The translations under genes were made by a program, and so were the position numbers. This document shows positions 43,367-52,239 of a stretch of DNA of 64,000 nt, in pieces. The notes under the pieces were generated by a model, which had not been told where the DNA came from, searched no databases, and saw nothing but the letters and a program-made list of their open reading frames with translations. The first letter of the stretch is position 1; each line of letters begins with the position of its first letter. The DNA lies in IMG/VR virus record IMGVR_UViG_3300034073_005389, positions 248,001 through 312,000 of that record; one strand, given 5' to 3'.

Positions 43367-43979
43367 TTTTATTTATGGTACAACGATCAAAATCAATTAA
43401 TTTAAAATTATTATTCTTGTCTTTCATGATATTTCTAGGATGAATATCATTATGACTAATTGAAACATTATTCAAATTTTCACAAAATAGTATAATCTTC
43501 TCAGAAGAGAAGTCAAGCCCCAGTCTCAGACCAGAAAGCATTTCTTTTATTTTTAAGATTGAAAAATTTTTCTTTGCATTTCTATCTTCATGTGATAAGA
43601 TGCTGTGAAAAACTTTTTTCTCATCTTCTGAGATTTTAGATAGCTTTTCCATCACATAATAATACAAAATGTACTTTTGCTTAGAACCATCGTACATATC
43701 ACGACTATATTCTCCTAGACAATCGTGCTCGTACACTTGTGCGTATGCAAGTGGCTTTTTATTAGCGATATATGACAATATCTTATCAATGTTTTGATAA
43801 TCACTTTTTAGTGAAGTATCAAAGTAATCAAATTTTACACAGAACTTAATTACTTTATTTTCTTCATTCTGCAATGAAAACACTTGCCCGTCTGCACCAA
43901 TACCAAGCTCTGCGCCAATTAAATGATTAGTGTGACAACTATTCTGATTAATTAATTTAAGTACCTGCATAAATAACAT
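43341..43979 (-). CDS. Protein kinase-like (ePK/RIO/APH fold)
   Basis: LGIGADGQVF, VIKF, YYVMEKL, HNDIHPRNIM and LIDFD. Confidence 0.85.
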   Translation of the reverse strand: MLFMQVLKLINQNSCHTNHLIGAELGIGADGQVFSLQNEENKVIKFCVKFDYFDTSLKSDYQNIDKILSYIANKKPLAYAQVYEHDCLGEYSRDMYDGSKQKYILYYYVMEKLSKISEDEKKVFHSILSHEDRNAKKNFSILKIKEMLSGLRLGLDFSSEKIILFCENLNNVSISHNDIHPRNIMKDKNNNFKLIDFDRCTINKNANFNYYK

Positions 43980-43980
43980 A

Positions 43981-44003
43981 AAAGCCTGGGTTTGCCAGGC
44001 TTT
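43981..44003. terminator. Intrinsic terminator (bidirectional form)
   Basis: AAAGCCTGG-GTTTG-CCAGGCTTT downstream of the H1-like gene. Confidence 0.75.
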
Positions 44004-44027
44004 TATTCTTTAAATTTAAAAGATAAA

Positions 44028-44369
44028 TCAACCAGAGACAGGGGTTACTGTCACTGAACCTGTGCTATCTAGCTTTGGCTCTACTACACGAGGAGTAGCT
44101 GGCTTTACTACTCTTTTTACTGGCTTTTTAACTGACTTCTTTGTTGATTTCTTACCAGAAAGCTTTTTAGCAGGAGCCTTCTTTACTGGCTTCTTTGTTG
44201 ACTTCTTTGTTGATTTCTTGCTAACTTTAGCTGAACCCTTAGTTGATTTAACAGGCTTCTTAGCTGATTTCTTAGTTGATTTGGCTGGCTGCTTTTTAGC
44301 CGAGCTTTTCTTTGACTTGGTGCTTTTGGTTGCTTTAACTGACTTCTTAGCTGCTAATTGAACTGACAT
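44028..44369 (-). CDS. Histone H1-like Lys-rich protein
   Basis: MSVQLAAKKSVK... with repeated KKSTKK / KKPVK units; start set at the internal Met. Confidence 0.8.
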   Translation of the reverse strand: MSVQLAAKKSVKATKSTKSKKSSAKKQPAKSTKKSAKKPVKSTKGSAKVSKKSTKKSTKKPVKKAPAKKLSGKKSTKKSVKKPVKRVVKPATPRVVEPKLDSTGSVTVTPVSG

Positions 44370-44449
44370 AATTAAAATCTCCTTAAATAATTTGAATATT
44401 TGATGAAGAACATCTTCATACAAAATTTAACATGAATAATATAACACTT

Positions 44450-45178
44450 TCACACGTTAATTAACTGCAATCGTCTCTTAACGTTATTTTTTCTTACACC
44501 ATGCGCTTCAAATGCAATACCAAAATTCTTTTCATAAAGACGATCTGCATTGAAACAAAGACGACATTCTGTACAACCAATTTCCTTGCCACCAGGACTG
44601 GTTTGCGCAGGACATGGGATATACTTTACATCAGAGCCAGGCAAAGTAAATGCCTTTGGTGAAGAAAATTCAGATACCACAATTGCTGGAGCGTAGCCTT
44701 GCTTTCTAGCCTCTACAGCATCTTCTGGCTTATCAATTGATGCCAAGACAGATACATGACTCCATGTATCTCTATGGACATTCATCCAAGCATGGGTATA
44801 GGTCCAACAGTCACCGCCACCACGCTTTTTCCAACGACCTACTGAGCTATTAATTAGCTTAGTTCCTTTTACAGTCCTAGAGTCTCCAGATACATGCAAA
44901 CGCATATCACGACCCAAAGGAATGTTTTTACCATTATAAGATTGATCAATAGCTTGAGCTTCTTGTCTTGCTACTTGTAGCGCAGTCAAACCTACTGCAT
45001 CAGCATCAAGGCGACGAACAGTAAAACCCACATATGAATTCTCGGCATAACAACCATTGCCGTTTTTGAGTTGACATGAAGTAGGACAGCTGCCCTTGAT
45101 AGAAACATATGTGCTGTCAACAGGGCGATTACCCAGCTTGGTATTCTGAGAATTAGAAACATACTTAGCTACGGACAT
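44450..45178 (-). CDS. Cys-rich phage protein (gp88-like / DUF7227-like by recollection)
   Basis: SCPTSCQL...GCYA, RLHVSGD, WTYTH, CPAQ...CTECRLC. Confidence 0.45.
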   Translation of the reverse strand: MSVAKYVSNSQNTKLGNRPVDSTYVSIKGSCPTSCQLKNGNGCYAENSYVGFTVRRLDADAVGLTALQVARQEAQAIDQSYNGKNIPLGRDMRLHVSGDSRTVKGTKLINSSVGRWKKRGGGDCWTYTHAWMNVHRDTWSHVSVLASIDKPEDAVEARKQGYAPAIVVSEFSSPKAFTLPGSDVKYIPCPAQTSPGGKEIGCTECRLCFNADRLYEKNFGIAFEAHGVRKNNVKRRLQLINV

Positions 45179-45483
45179 ATAAATACCTAAATCGTTAAGA
45201 TGTTAATTTTAACTGCGGTGAATTTAGCAAAAATAAAAGGGATGCTGCGTACTTGTTTCAACAATAAGATTAAAAATCTTATCTGCGTTTTTTCCAAAGT
45301 TTCAAGATTGCTGCTTTTGTATGGTGCTGAAAAATACTTATTTCCGAAGAGTTTCATATTTTTCTAACCATAAAACATCGCGTTCCCCAACGCGAGCTTT
45401 TGTTCTTTCAGAACTCTAAGCAAGAGAAGATTTACGGTAATGACTCCGTTATTCATGGGTCTATCTTACCCACTAGCAGAGAA

Positions 45484-46098
45484 TTACTCTGCGTTAAGTT
45501 TAAAGAAATCTACAATAGAGTGCATAATGATTCCGCTTGCAGTTCCTACGTTTAAACTTCTAACTGAACCATATTGCTCAATATATACCATTTTGTCACA
45601 TAATTTTTGCATAGTAGGCGTCAATCCTACTCCCTCTTCTCCAAAAATTAATAATGTGTTCTTCTCCCAATTATGTGAAGAAATGGAAACAGACCCAGCA
45701 ATATTATCCACACCCACAAACACATACTTATCTTTCAATGTAAGTAACTGTTCTATTGTAGCTATCCACTGAACATCACTATAATTATGAACGCCACAAG
45801 TGCCTCGACGATCAAATTTTTTATTCCCAACATAGAAAATTTCTCGTGCATTAAAAGCATTAGCATTCCTAATGATTGTTGCAAGATTAAAATCTCCAAT
45901 CACATTTTCACAAAGAATAGCATATGGAAACGCTGTCTCTGCTAACTTAGCCTTAATCTCTGCTGTTGTCAAGTGTTTAAAATGATCAACAACGTTATAA
46001 GTCCAAGATGCTAAATGCTCATTTTTATTAATTAAAGCTGCTTGATGCAAAGGCGCATCAAGCAGTAAATTAGGAGTTGTTGTATTTTTTTCCTTCAT
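45484..46098 (-). CDS. trmH: TrmH/SpoU RNA 2'-O-methyltransferase
   Basis: FNLATIIRNANAF, IFGEEGVGL and VRSLNVGTASGI. Confidence 0.92.
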   Translation of the reverse strand: MKEKNTTTPNLLLDAPLHQAALINKNEHLASWTYNVVDHFKHLTTAEIKAKLAETAFPYAILCENVIGDFNLATIIRNANAFNAREIFYVGNKKFDRRGTCGVHNYSDVQWIATIEQLLTLKDKYVFVGVDNIAGSVSISSHNWEKNTLLIFGEEGVGLTPTMQKLCDKMVYIEQYGSVRSLNVGTASGIIMHSIVDFFKLNAE

Positions 46099-46099
46099 A

Positions 46100-47650
46100 T
46101 TATTGAATTGACTTCATTGTCGGAAATAGAATTACATCTCTAATAGAAGCTGCATTAGTAAGCAACATAAACAATCGATCTAGTCCAATTCCAAATCCAA
46201 TGGCAGGTGGCATACCATACTGCAAAGCAGTTACATAGTCAGCATCAAAATCCATTGCATCCTTACTGTTATCTGCAAGCTGTTCCTTAAACCGGAGTTC
46301 TTGTTCCGTTGGATCATTCAACTCCTGAAAAGCATTGCACAATTCACGACCATCTACGAATAATTCAAATCGATCACAGAAAGATGAGTTACTATCCTTA
46401 GATCTTGCCAAAGGACAAATATCCTTTGGATAGTCAGTAATAAATACAGGAACAGAATACTTGTTATCCGAGGTACGATAATCCTGAGTTAAAAAAGGCT
46501 CAGCCATATATTCAAAGAAAGTACAAATAACTTGACCCATAGACTTAGCCTTAGTTACTTCTGACCACATCTCTTCCATATCAATCTTCCGATTTACATG
46601 ATGAGACAACTGCTCATAACTAACTCCAGACTTAGTAATATGAAGCTTTACCCCTAGCTTTTCAGCGGCATTATGCACCGCTTGAAGCATAGTAACCTGT
46701 ACTGGATTACTAAATGTAAATGTTCTATTTTCCTTCCACGCAAGATAAATTGGAAGAATGTTCTTTGGTAGATGCTTTTCTAAATACATTTCCACATGCG
46801 CAAACATGCTAGTAGTTCTTTCGATTAGCTTTGGAAAATTACCATAAGCCTCGTAGAACTCCATCATAGTAAACTCTGGATTATGTCGAGTAGATAATCC
46901 TTCATTTCTATAATTTCTACCAATCTCAAAAACCTTATCCATACCGCCTACCAGTAAACGCTTTAGATAAAGTTCTGGAGCAATACGCAGAAACAAATCC
47001 ATATCCAAGGCATTATGATGAGTAGTAAAAGGCTTTGCGTTAGCTCCGCTACTAACAGTATTAAGAGTGCTGGTTTCTACTTCTAAAAAACCTTCACGCT
47101 CCATGTAATCGCGGATTCCACGCAAAGCATAACTACGCACTACGAAAACTGCACGACTTTCTTCTGAAGAAAGAAGATCAAGATATCGTTGGCGATACTT
47201 AGTTTCGGTATCAGAAATACCAGCAAACTTTTCTGGCATTGGTCGGTGAGACTTAGTAAGTAGTCTCCAATTTAGAAGCAAAAGACTTTTTTCGCTAGTC
47301 TTACTGAGACAAAGCTTGCCTTCTACTTCGATAATATCACCAAGATCCATAAGGCGAATATTTTGGAAATCAGAACAAGCAGCCTTACTGATAATAAGCT
47401 GAATAGAGCCGGTACTATCATACATTGTTACAAATGCAATCGAACCTCCCTTTCTAAAAGTTTGGATACGACCACGAGTAACAACCGACTCTCCTAAATC
47501 ATCTGGATTAATAGAAATAGGAGTATTATCACTAAACTGACAAAGCAACGTTCCGATTTCAACTCCAGTGGAGTTAGCAAGTGGATAAGTTCCGCTATTT
47601 ACTTCTTCATGCTTAGAGATACGGGTACGAATTAAATCTTGTTCAGACAT
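46100..47650 (-). CDS. lysS: Lysyl-tRNA synthetase, class II
   Basis: OB anticodon domain, YRQRYLDL, LRIAPELYLKRL, FRN-type motif 2 (YRNEG...HNPEFTM) and motif 3 GFGIGLDRL. Confidence 0.96.
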   Translation of the reverse strand: MSEQDLIRTRISKHEEVNSGTYPLANSTGVEIGTLLCQFSDNTPISINPDDLGESVVTRGRIQTFRKGGSIAFVTMYDSTGSIQLIISKAACSDFQNIRLMDLGDIIEVEGKLCLSKTSEKSLLLLNWRLLTKSHRPMPEKFAGISDTETKYRQRYLDLLSSEESRAVFVVRSYALRGIRDYMEREGFLEVETSTLNTVSSGANAKPFTTHHNALDMDLFLRIAPELYLKRLLVGGMDKVFEIGRNYRNEGLSTRHNPEFTMMEFYEAYGNFPKLIERTTSMFAHVEMYLEKHLPKNILPIYLAWKENRTFTFSNPVQVTMLQAVHNAAEKLGVKLHITKSGVSYEQLSHHVNRKIDMEEMWSEVTKAKSMGQVICTFFEYMAEPFLTQDYRTSDNKYSVPVFITDYPKDICPLARSKDSNSSFCDRFELFVDGRELCNAFQELNDPTEQELRFKEQLADNSKDAMDFDADYVTALQYGMPPAIGFGIGLDRLFMLLTNAASIRDVILFPTMKSIQ

Positions 47651-47656
47651 ATTTCC

Positions 47657-47881
47657 TCAATTAATCATATTCTTATCGTCAGAAGAATCTTCACCACTAA
47701 GAATATCATTTACCGAATTATCAACAGTACGCAGCAAATCCTCAGCAGCATCCATTAAAAGGGTACTTAGACTTAAGCACTCAGCTGAATTAAGAACTCC
47801 AAGAGAAATAGTAACTTCCTCTGTCTCAAGGGAAACTTCAACTTGCTCATCTGCAATTTTATTAATGGTAATATTAATCAT
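47657..47881 (-). CDS. Small acidic hypothetical protein
   Basis: 74 aa within the operon. Confidence 0.55.
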   Translation of the reverse strand: MINITINKIADEQVEVSLETEEVTISLGVLNSAECLSLSTLLMDAAEDLLRTVDNSVNDILSGEDSSDDKNMIN

Positions 47882-47884
47882 AAT

Positions 47885-48283
47885 TTACACCGTGTAAACA
47901 CGGTCCTTATCTTGTTGTGGGAACCAGATTCCGTACTGATTATCGTTAATAGTATAATAAACTTTTTTAACTCGATGTGCTCGAATTTTCAATTGACAAT
48001 CTGGACAAGGACGAGCCATAGCGAGGGAACGATCCTTGCGCAAAACACGAGAAACAAAAATCACACCATCTTTGCCTAGCTTACGAAGCAAACGACTTTC
48101 GGCATGAGAATTAACATTTACATTGGACATTTGCACAGAAGAAGAAAAAGAAACGGCGCCATTTCTAGAAGAAACCATGACGCCATCTTTTCTAATTCCA
48201 ATTGCTCCCAACCAAAAACTGCGAAGATCCGCACTATTAGTGGGAAGTGCTAGTCCCGCCGCCTCCAACAGAAAATCCAGCAT
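47885..48283 (-). CDS. Zn-dependent cytidine-deaminase-fold protein
   Basis: HAE...PCPDC signature. Confidence 0.85.
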   Translation of the reverse strand: MLDFLLEAAGLALPTNSADLRSFWLGAIGIRKDGVMVSSRNGAVSFSSSVQMSNVNVNSHAESRLLRKLGKDGVIFVSRVLRKDRSLAMARPCPDCQLKIRAHRVKKVYYTINDNQYGIWFPQQDKDRVYTV

Positions 48284-48611
48284 CTACGACCTCACAAGTA
48301 CAATTGCACTCAGATAAACACATACCCTTAGCTTCTGAATAAAATCCACCACAACCACAGTCTGATAGTAATGTTGGTTGTTGACCTGTACAAACAAAGC
48401 AATCACTTGAACTTACTGGTGCTGTCGCAGACACAGATGCAGATGGAGCACTATGCGAAACTGCTGGAGCACCATGAGACATTACAGATGATAACTCTGC
48501 GCTAAGATGAGTGCTAGGTTTGTTAGTTCCACCACCTAGATTAGCGTCTTGTGATGTACATGAGATTACAAAAAATGTTAGTGTTGTTAGAAATTTTTTC
48601 ATTTTATTCAC
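48237..48611 (-). CDS. Cys-rich lipoprotein-like protein
   Basis: MKKFLTTLTFFVISC lipobox-like start; CFVC...CGC...C.C.C. Confidence 0.5.
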   Translation of the reverse strand: MNKMKKFLTTLTFFVISCTSQDANLGGGTNKPSTHLSAELSSVMSHGAPAVSHSAPSASVSATAPVSSSDCFVCTGQQPTLLSDCGCGGFYSEAKGMCLSECNCTCEVVDAGFSVGGGGTSTSH

Positions 48612-49209
48612 CTTTAAATTGTTTTAAAATTTGTTTACGAATTACTTTTGGAAACCCTGGATTCAATTCTAAATATTTTGGCAAGATTTCATGCCGAATC
48701 TTATTTCTCATATATTTAGTATCTTGATTACTAGGATCTTCAATCCAAGGAACTTGGTGTCGTAAGCACCAATTTACCATTTCACTTTTAAGATTAAGTA
48801 AAAATGGTCGAATAATCAAACCGTTAATATATGGAATTAATCTAGGCAATCCATGAGCAGAAGTAAAAATCCAATTTTCCATCTGATCATTTAAATTATG
48901 AGCCATCACCATAGGAAGCTGGAATTTCTTAAACCAATTATATCTTTGGTTTCTCCAATATTCTTCCCAAGACTCTTGTTTAGATTTATCGGAACATATT
49001 GTGCCAATTTCTAAATCAATTTTGTGCTGACTACAATAATCTTGAATAAATGTCTGAGCTAAAGCTCCGAACTCAGTACCATGATTAAAGTAACATACTT
49101 TGATTTCTCTTCCACCATTTTTAAGAAAATGTAGTGCCGCCATACTATCAGCACCACCAGAACAAGCCAAAGTAACTTGATATGGAATTTTATTTAGTAA
49201 TCGCAACAT
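48604..49209 (-). CDS. tilS: tRNA(Ile)-lysidine synthase, catalytic domain only
   Basis: ACSGGADSM, FNHG, RNQRY, AHNLNDQME, IIRPFL, WIEDPSN and MRNKIRHEILP. Confidence 0.93.
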   Translation of the reverse strand: MLRLLNKIPYQVTLACSGGADSMAALHFLKNGGREIKVCYFNHGTEFGALAQTFIQDYCSQHKIDLEIGTICSDKSKQESWEEYWRNQRYNWFKKFQLPMVMAHNLNDQMENWIFTSAHGLPRLIPYINGLIIRPFLLNLKSEMVNWCLRHQVPWIEDPSNQDTKYMRNKIRHEILPKYLELNPGFPKVIRKQILKQFKGE

Positions 49210-49216
49210 AATACGA

Positions 49217-50080
49217 ATGCACATATATCTGCATATATGTATGTCTGAAATTAAATGTAAATTTTGCGAAAAAATATTATTATCTAATATGTCTAGATCA
49301 ATACATCAATTAAGATGTAATCTTAATCCAGAATTTGACCCAAACAGATTTACAACACCATCTAGAAGAGGAAAGTATAAGTCAAACTCTCCATCTAAAA
49401 GCACATTAAAAAAACAAGAAAGTAAAACCCGACTAAAAAAACAATTAGATACAAAAAAATTTGTATGCCAATATTGTTGGCATGACATTACGACTTCAAC
49501 AAAACTGCCGCCTAAATTTTATTTTAAAGGCTTAAGGCTACATGAATCTATGTGCGGTAAAAATCCGCATGGGAAATCAGTAATGTATCCAACTAAACAT
49601 TCAGATAAAACTATCGAAAAATTAAAAGAGTCAGGTAAAAAAAGAGTTTGGACTCAGGAACAAAAAATAAAACTTAGTGAAAGTATGAAAAATGCTGTTA
49701 AAAAGCATCCGGAATCATACACAAATTCTAATAGAGGAAGGGTTAAACAAATAATATTTGATAATATCAAATTTCATGGTAAATGGGAAGTTGCTTTCTA
49801 TAAATGGTCAAAAGAAAACAATATTGAGATAAAAAAAAATATTGAAGGATTTAACTATTATTGGAGAGGTAATAGAACATATTTTCCTGATTTTTATCTT
49901 CCAAAATTAGAATTATTTATTGAAATAAAAGGATATGAAACATATCGAGACCAAGCAAAATGGTCTGCATTTCCTAAGAAACTTATAGTAATTAGAAAAG
50001 AACAAATTTTACAAATTAATAAAGGAATATTTCCTGGAATAGAAAGCATTCCTTTAACTAGTCCGACAAACAGGACTTGA
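49217..50080 (+). CDS. Free-standing PD-(D/E)xK endonuclease with zinc fingers and NUMOD3-like segment (start may be 49241)
   Basis: KWEVAF...YFPDFYL...FIEIKG; CxxC...HxxxC fingers; KHSDKTIEKL. Confidence 0.8.
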   Translation: MHIYLHICMSEIKCKFCEKILLSNMSRSIHQLRCNLNPEFDPNRFTTPSRRGKYKSNSPSKSTLKKQESKTRLKKQLDTKKFVCQYCWHDITTSTKLPPKFYFKGLRLHESMCGKNPHGKSVMYPTKHSDKTIEKLKESGKKRVWTQEQKIKLSESMKNAVKKHPESYTNSNRGRVKQIIFDNIKFHGKWEVAFYKWSKENNIEIKKNIEGFNYYWRGNRTYFPDFYLPKLELFIEIKGYETYRDQAKWSAFPKKLIVIRKEQILQINKGIFPGIESIPLTSPTNRT

Positions 50081-50373
50081 ACCTGTAACCACGCGATTAT
50101 GCTTACCACTACGATTTTCATCGCCTTTTTAAAGTTTGTGGTCTGGACTATACCTTCCCTCTCGGGTCTAACGTCTAGTCTCTACACCTTCTCAAATTTA
50201 TTGAGCTTGGCTCGGGATTAGCATATAAATTTCTTTACTTAGCTTTCCCCGAATTTGTCAGATTCTACCAAGATGTTTCACTTGGCAACCCACGATAGTA
50301 TATCATGAACATATATTGTTTTTAGATATACAATCTTCGAGTCGCATGCTCTAACCAATTGAGCTATTGTCGG
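50062..50373 (-). tRNA. trnI: tRNA-Ile2(CAU), intron-containing (exons 50340-50373 and 50062-50101), CCA not encoded
   Basis: Joined exons give CCGACAA/TTGTCGG, A73 and GCGACT|CATAATCGC, the anticodon arm I recall from E. coli ileX; lacks the initiator features; adjacent to tilS. Confidence 0.88.
50102..50339 (-). mobile_element. Group I intron (IC3-like, 238 nt) between tRNA positions 33 and 34
   Basis: AAAUUCGGGGAA, AAUCCCGAGC, GUGUAGAGACUA and UAUAGUCC; P1 GCGACU/GGUUGC; P3 UCUGAC/GUUAGA; P8 CCC-GAGA-GGG; terminal G. Confidence 0.92.
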
Positions 50374-50421
50374 ATAAACTTTATTTCATCATCTCGATTT
50401 CGACGCTTACCTTGCCCCTCA

Positions 50422-50454
50422 CTTATAGTCGGGCTGGTTGCCCGATGGGCAACC
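50422..50454 (-). promoter_or_regulatory. Palindromic box GGTTGCCCATCGGGCAACC-N8-TATAAG, copy 1 (upstream of tRNA-Ile2)
   Basis: Perfect 8-bp stem with 3-nt loop; same box and spacing as copy 2. Confidence 0.6.
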
Positions 50455-50461
50455 GCAAGCT

Positions 50462-51684
50462 TTAGCTATCGATTTGTTGTAGCTTTTCAAAAAACTTAAT
50501 CACATTCTCTCTAGACAACTTATATAGATTACCTCCAAAATCTTTGGTATCCATATAATAATTATACTGAACCATATCGGTTATATTCTTAACCGGTCTA
50601 TAATCTTTGTCAAGATTAAAAAGAAAACTAAAGTCTGGAGACTTTACTAAATTACGTGTCGTAAGGGCATATATCATACCCTCTCCTTGTTTTAAAGGAG
50701 AAAATTTTTCCACACCCATTAAAGAAACAAGATAATAATCTTGTTGTGCATTTTCTGGATTAGATGAATTATTATAATGAAATTCGGCAGGAGTCACCCA
50801 AGCCACATAATTTTTAAAATGTGTATGACCCAAACATAACATAAATAAATCTTTCTACTTCATCAAAATCAATAATTTTCTACTTGCTCAACAATTTCTA
50901 ATTCTTGAAAAAATTCCTGCTCTACAGGGCGACCTTGGTCAATTGGTTCAATTCCACAATCTGTAGGAATTGCAATCAGCACAACTTGATTATTAATCAC
51001 TACTTCTTTGTAGTCAACAGGACAGCCCAATTCTTTAGGTAAAGATGATGAAAAATCCTCGGCAGAATCTTGAACAGTATCCTGCTCCAACTCCTCTGAT
51101 TCTGGTAACTCTTGGAAGTTATAACAACCAGTTAATACCAAACAAAGAATAAAAAAATGTCTCATGACTAAATACCAATTAATTAGTTAACTTAACTAAT
51201 CTCCTTTATTATTTTTTAAAAATTCAGTAGCAGATTTATTAATACGCTCTTCTCTTTTATCTTCTTGCTCTCTATAATGATCTTTACATAGCGTCATGTA
51301 CCAACTACCAAGAACTCTATTCTCTCCAGGAACACCACAAGTTTCACAAATATGAAAACTCATATTCTCTGCCATAGAAATGGCTCCAGAAATATAATCA
51401 TTGGTGCAGCTAGTGTAAAACCTAAGACCACCAAATTTTTCTTTAACTTGAACCGCAGTAAATAAATCTAACAAACTCTTATTAGTTTTATGATCAAAAT
51501 CTTTATTTACTGGAGAATCTGGATTACTAACTCTCCACTCAATATGTTCAAGATGAGATTCAATTATTGAGCATAGATTATCTATTATCTTATACCAACC
51601 AGAACCACACTCTATGTGTGTTAGATTTTTAAACACTCTAGGATACTTTTCCAGTAAAGTAGAATACCAAACTTCTTTAGTCAT
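50462..51684 (-). other. Three hypothetical ORFs (126, 98 lipoprotein-like, 162 aa)
   Basis: The 162-aa ORF carries the common phage motif QVKEKFGGLRFY...CETCG. Confidence 0.7.
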
Positions 51685-51915
51685 AAAAGCTCTTCTTTGT
51701 GTTCAGTATGAGTATCATCACAATGCTTCTCATGACATTTATGAGAATATTTTGTATGATACCATGTATGAAGTTTCTTAAACCATATTCCAACAAAAGG
51801 AATAAGAGACATAATTAAAAATAATTCATCAGCACAAAAATGCATACTGGACTCCTCTTAAGAAATTTGCAACCGAGAATATATCACCTACATATATTTT
51901 AGATATTAAAAATAT

Positions 51916-51984
51916 ATTTATAACTTTGTTAAAGCGGCAAAACTAGTAAGTCTACCACTGTAGTACAGCAACAAAGTTATAAAT
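51916..51984. repeat. 15-bp perfect inverted repeat in an ORF-free region
   Basis: ATTTATAACTTTGTT (51916-51930) and AACAAAGTTATAAAT (51970-51984). Confidence 0.85.
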
Positions 51985-52239
51985 AATATTTTAAAGACTA
52001 CCTTCTAAGTGATAAATCTCTCGACAAAAAATGGGATATATTATAGGGAAGAGTAGTTCTTTTATGATCTAAGAAGATCTGATCAAGTAGAAGAAAATAA
52101 TATACAGTAAAATTAATACTATCTCCCAGAGTTTTTGGGAGAAGTTGACTTTCTCTTTAGAACTTCCATCAGGTGGATGGCAGGTAAAAGTCAATTAATA
52201 TCCTAATTATTAGGGTTATACTAATATAAGATATTATTA

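Noticed and set aside
46100-47650. EpmA/GenX (EF-P ligase) instead of LysRS
   Set aside because: The N-terminal OB anticodon-binding domain is present and the length is 516 aa.
50062-50373. Initiator tRNA-fMet, or an Azoarcus-type 36/37 intron
   Set aside because: C1-G72 is paired and there is no GGG/CCC anticodon stem; the genomic 5' exon ends at GACT and CAT lies in the 3' exon. Elongator Met is not fully excluded.
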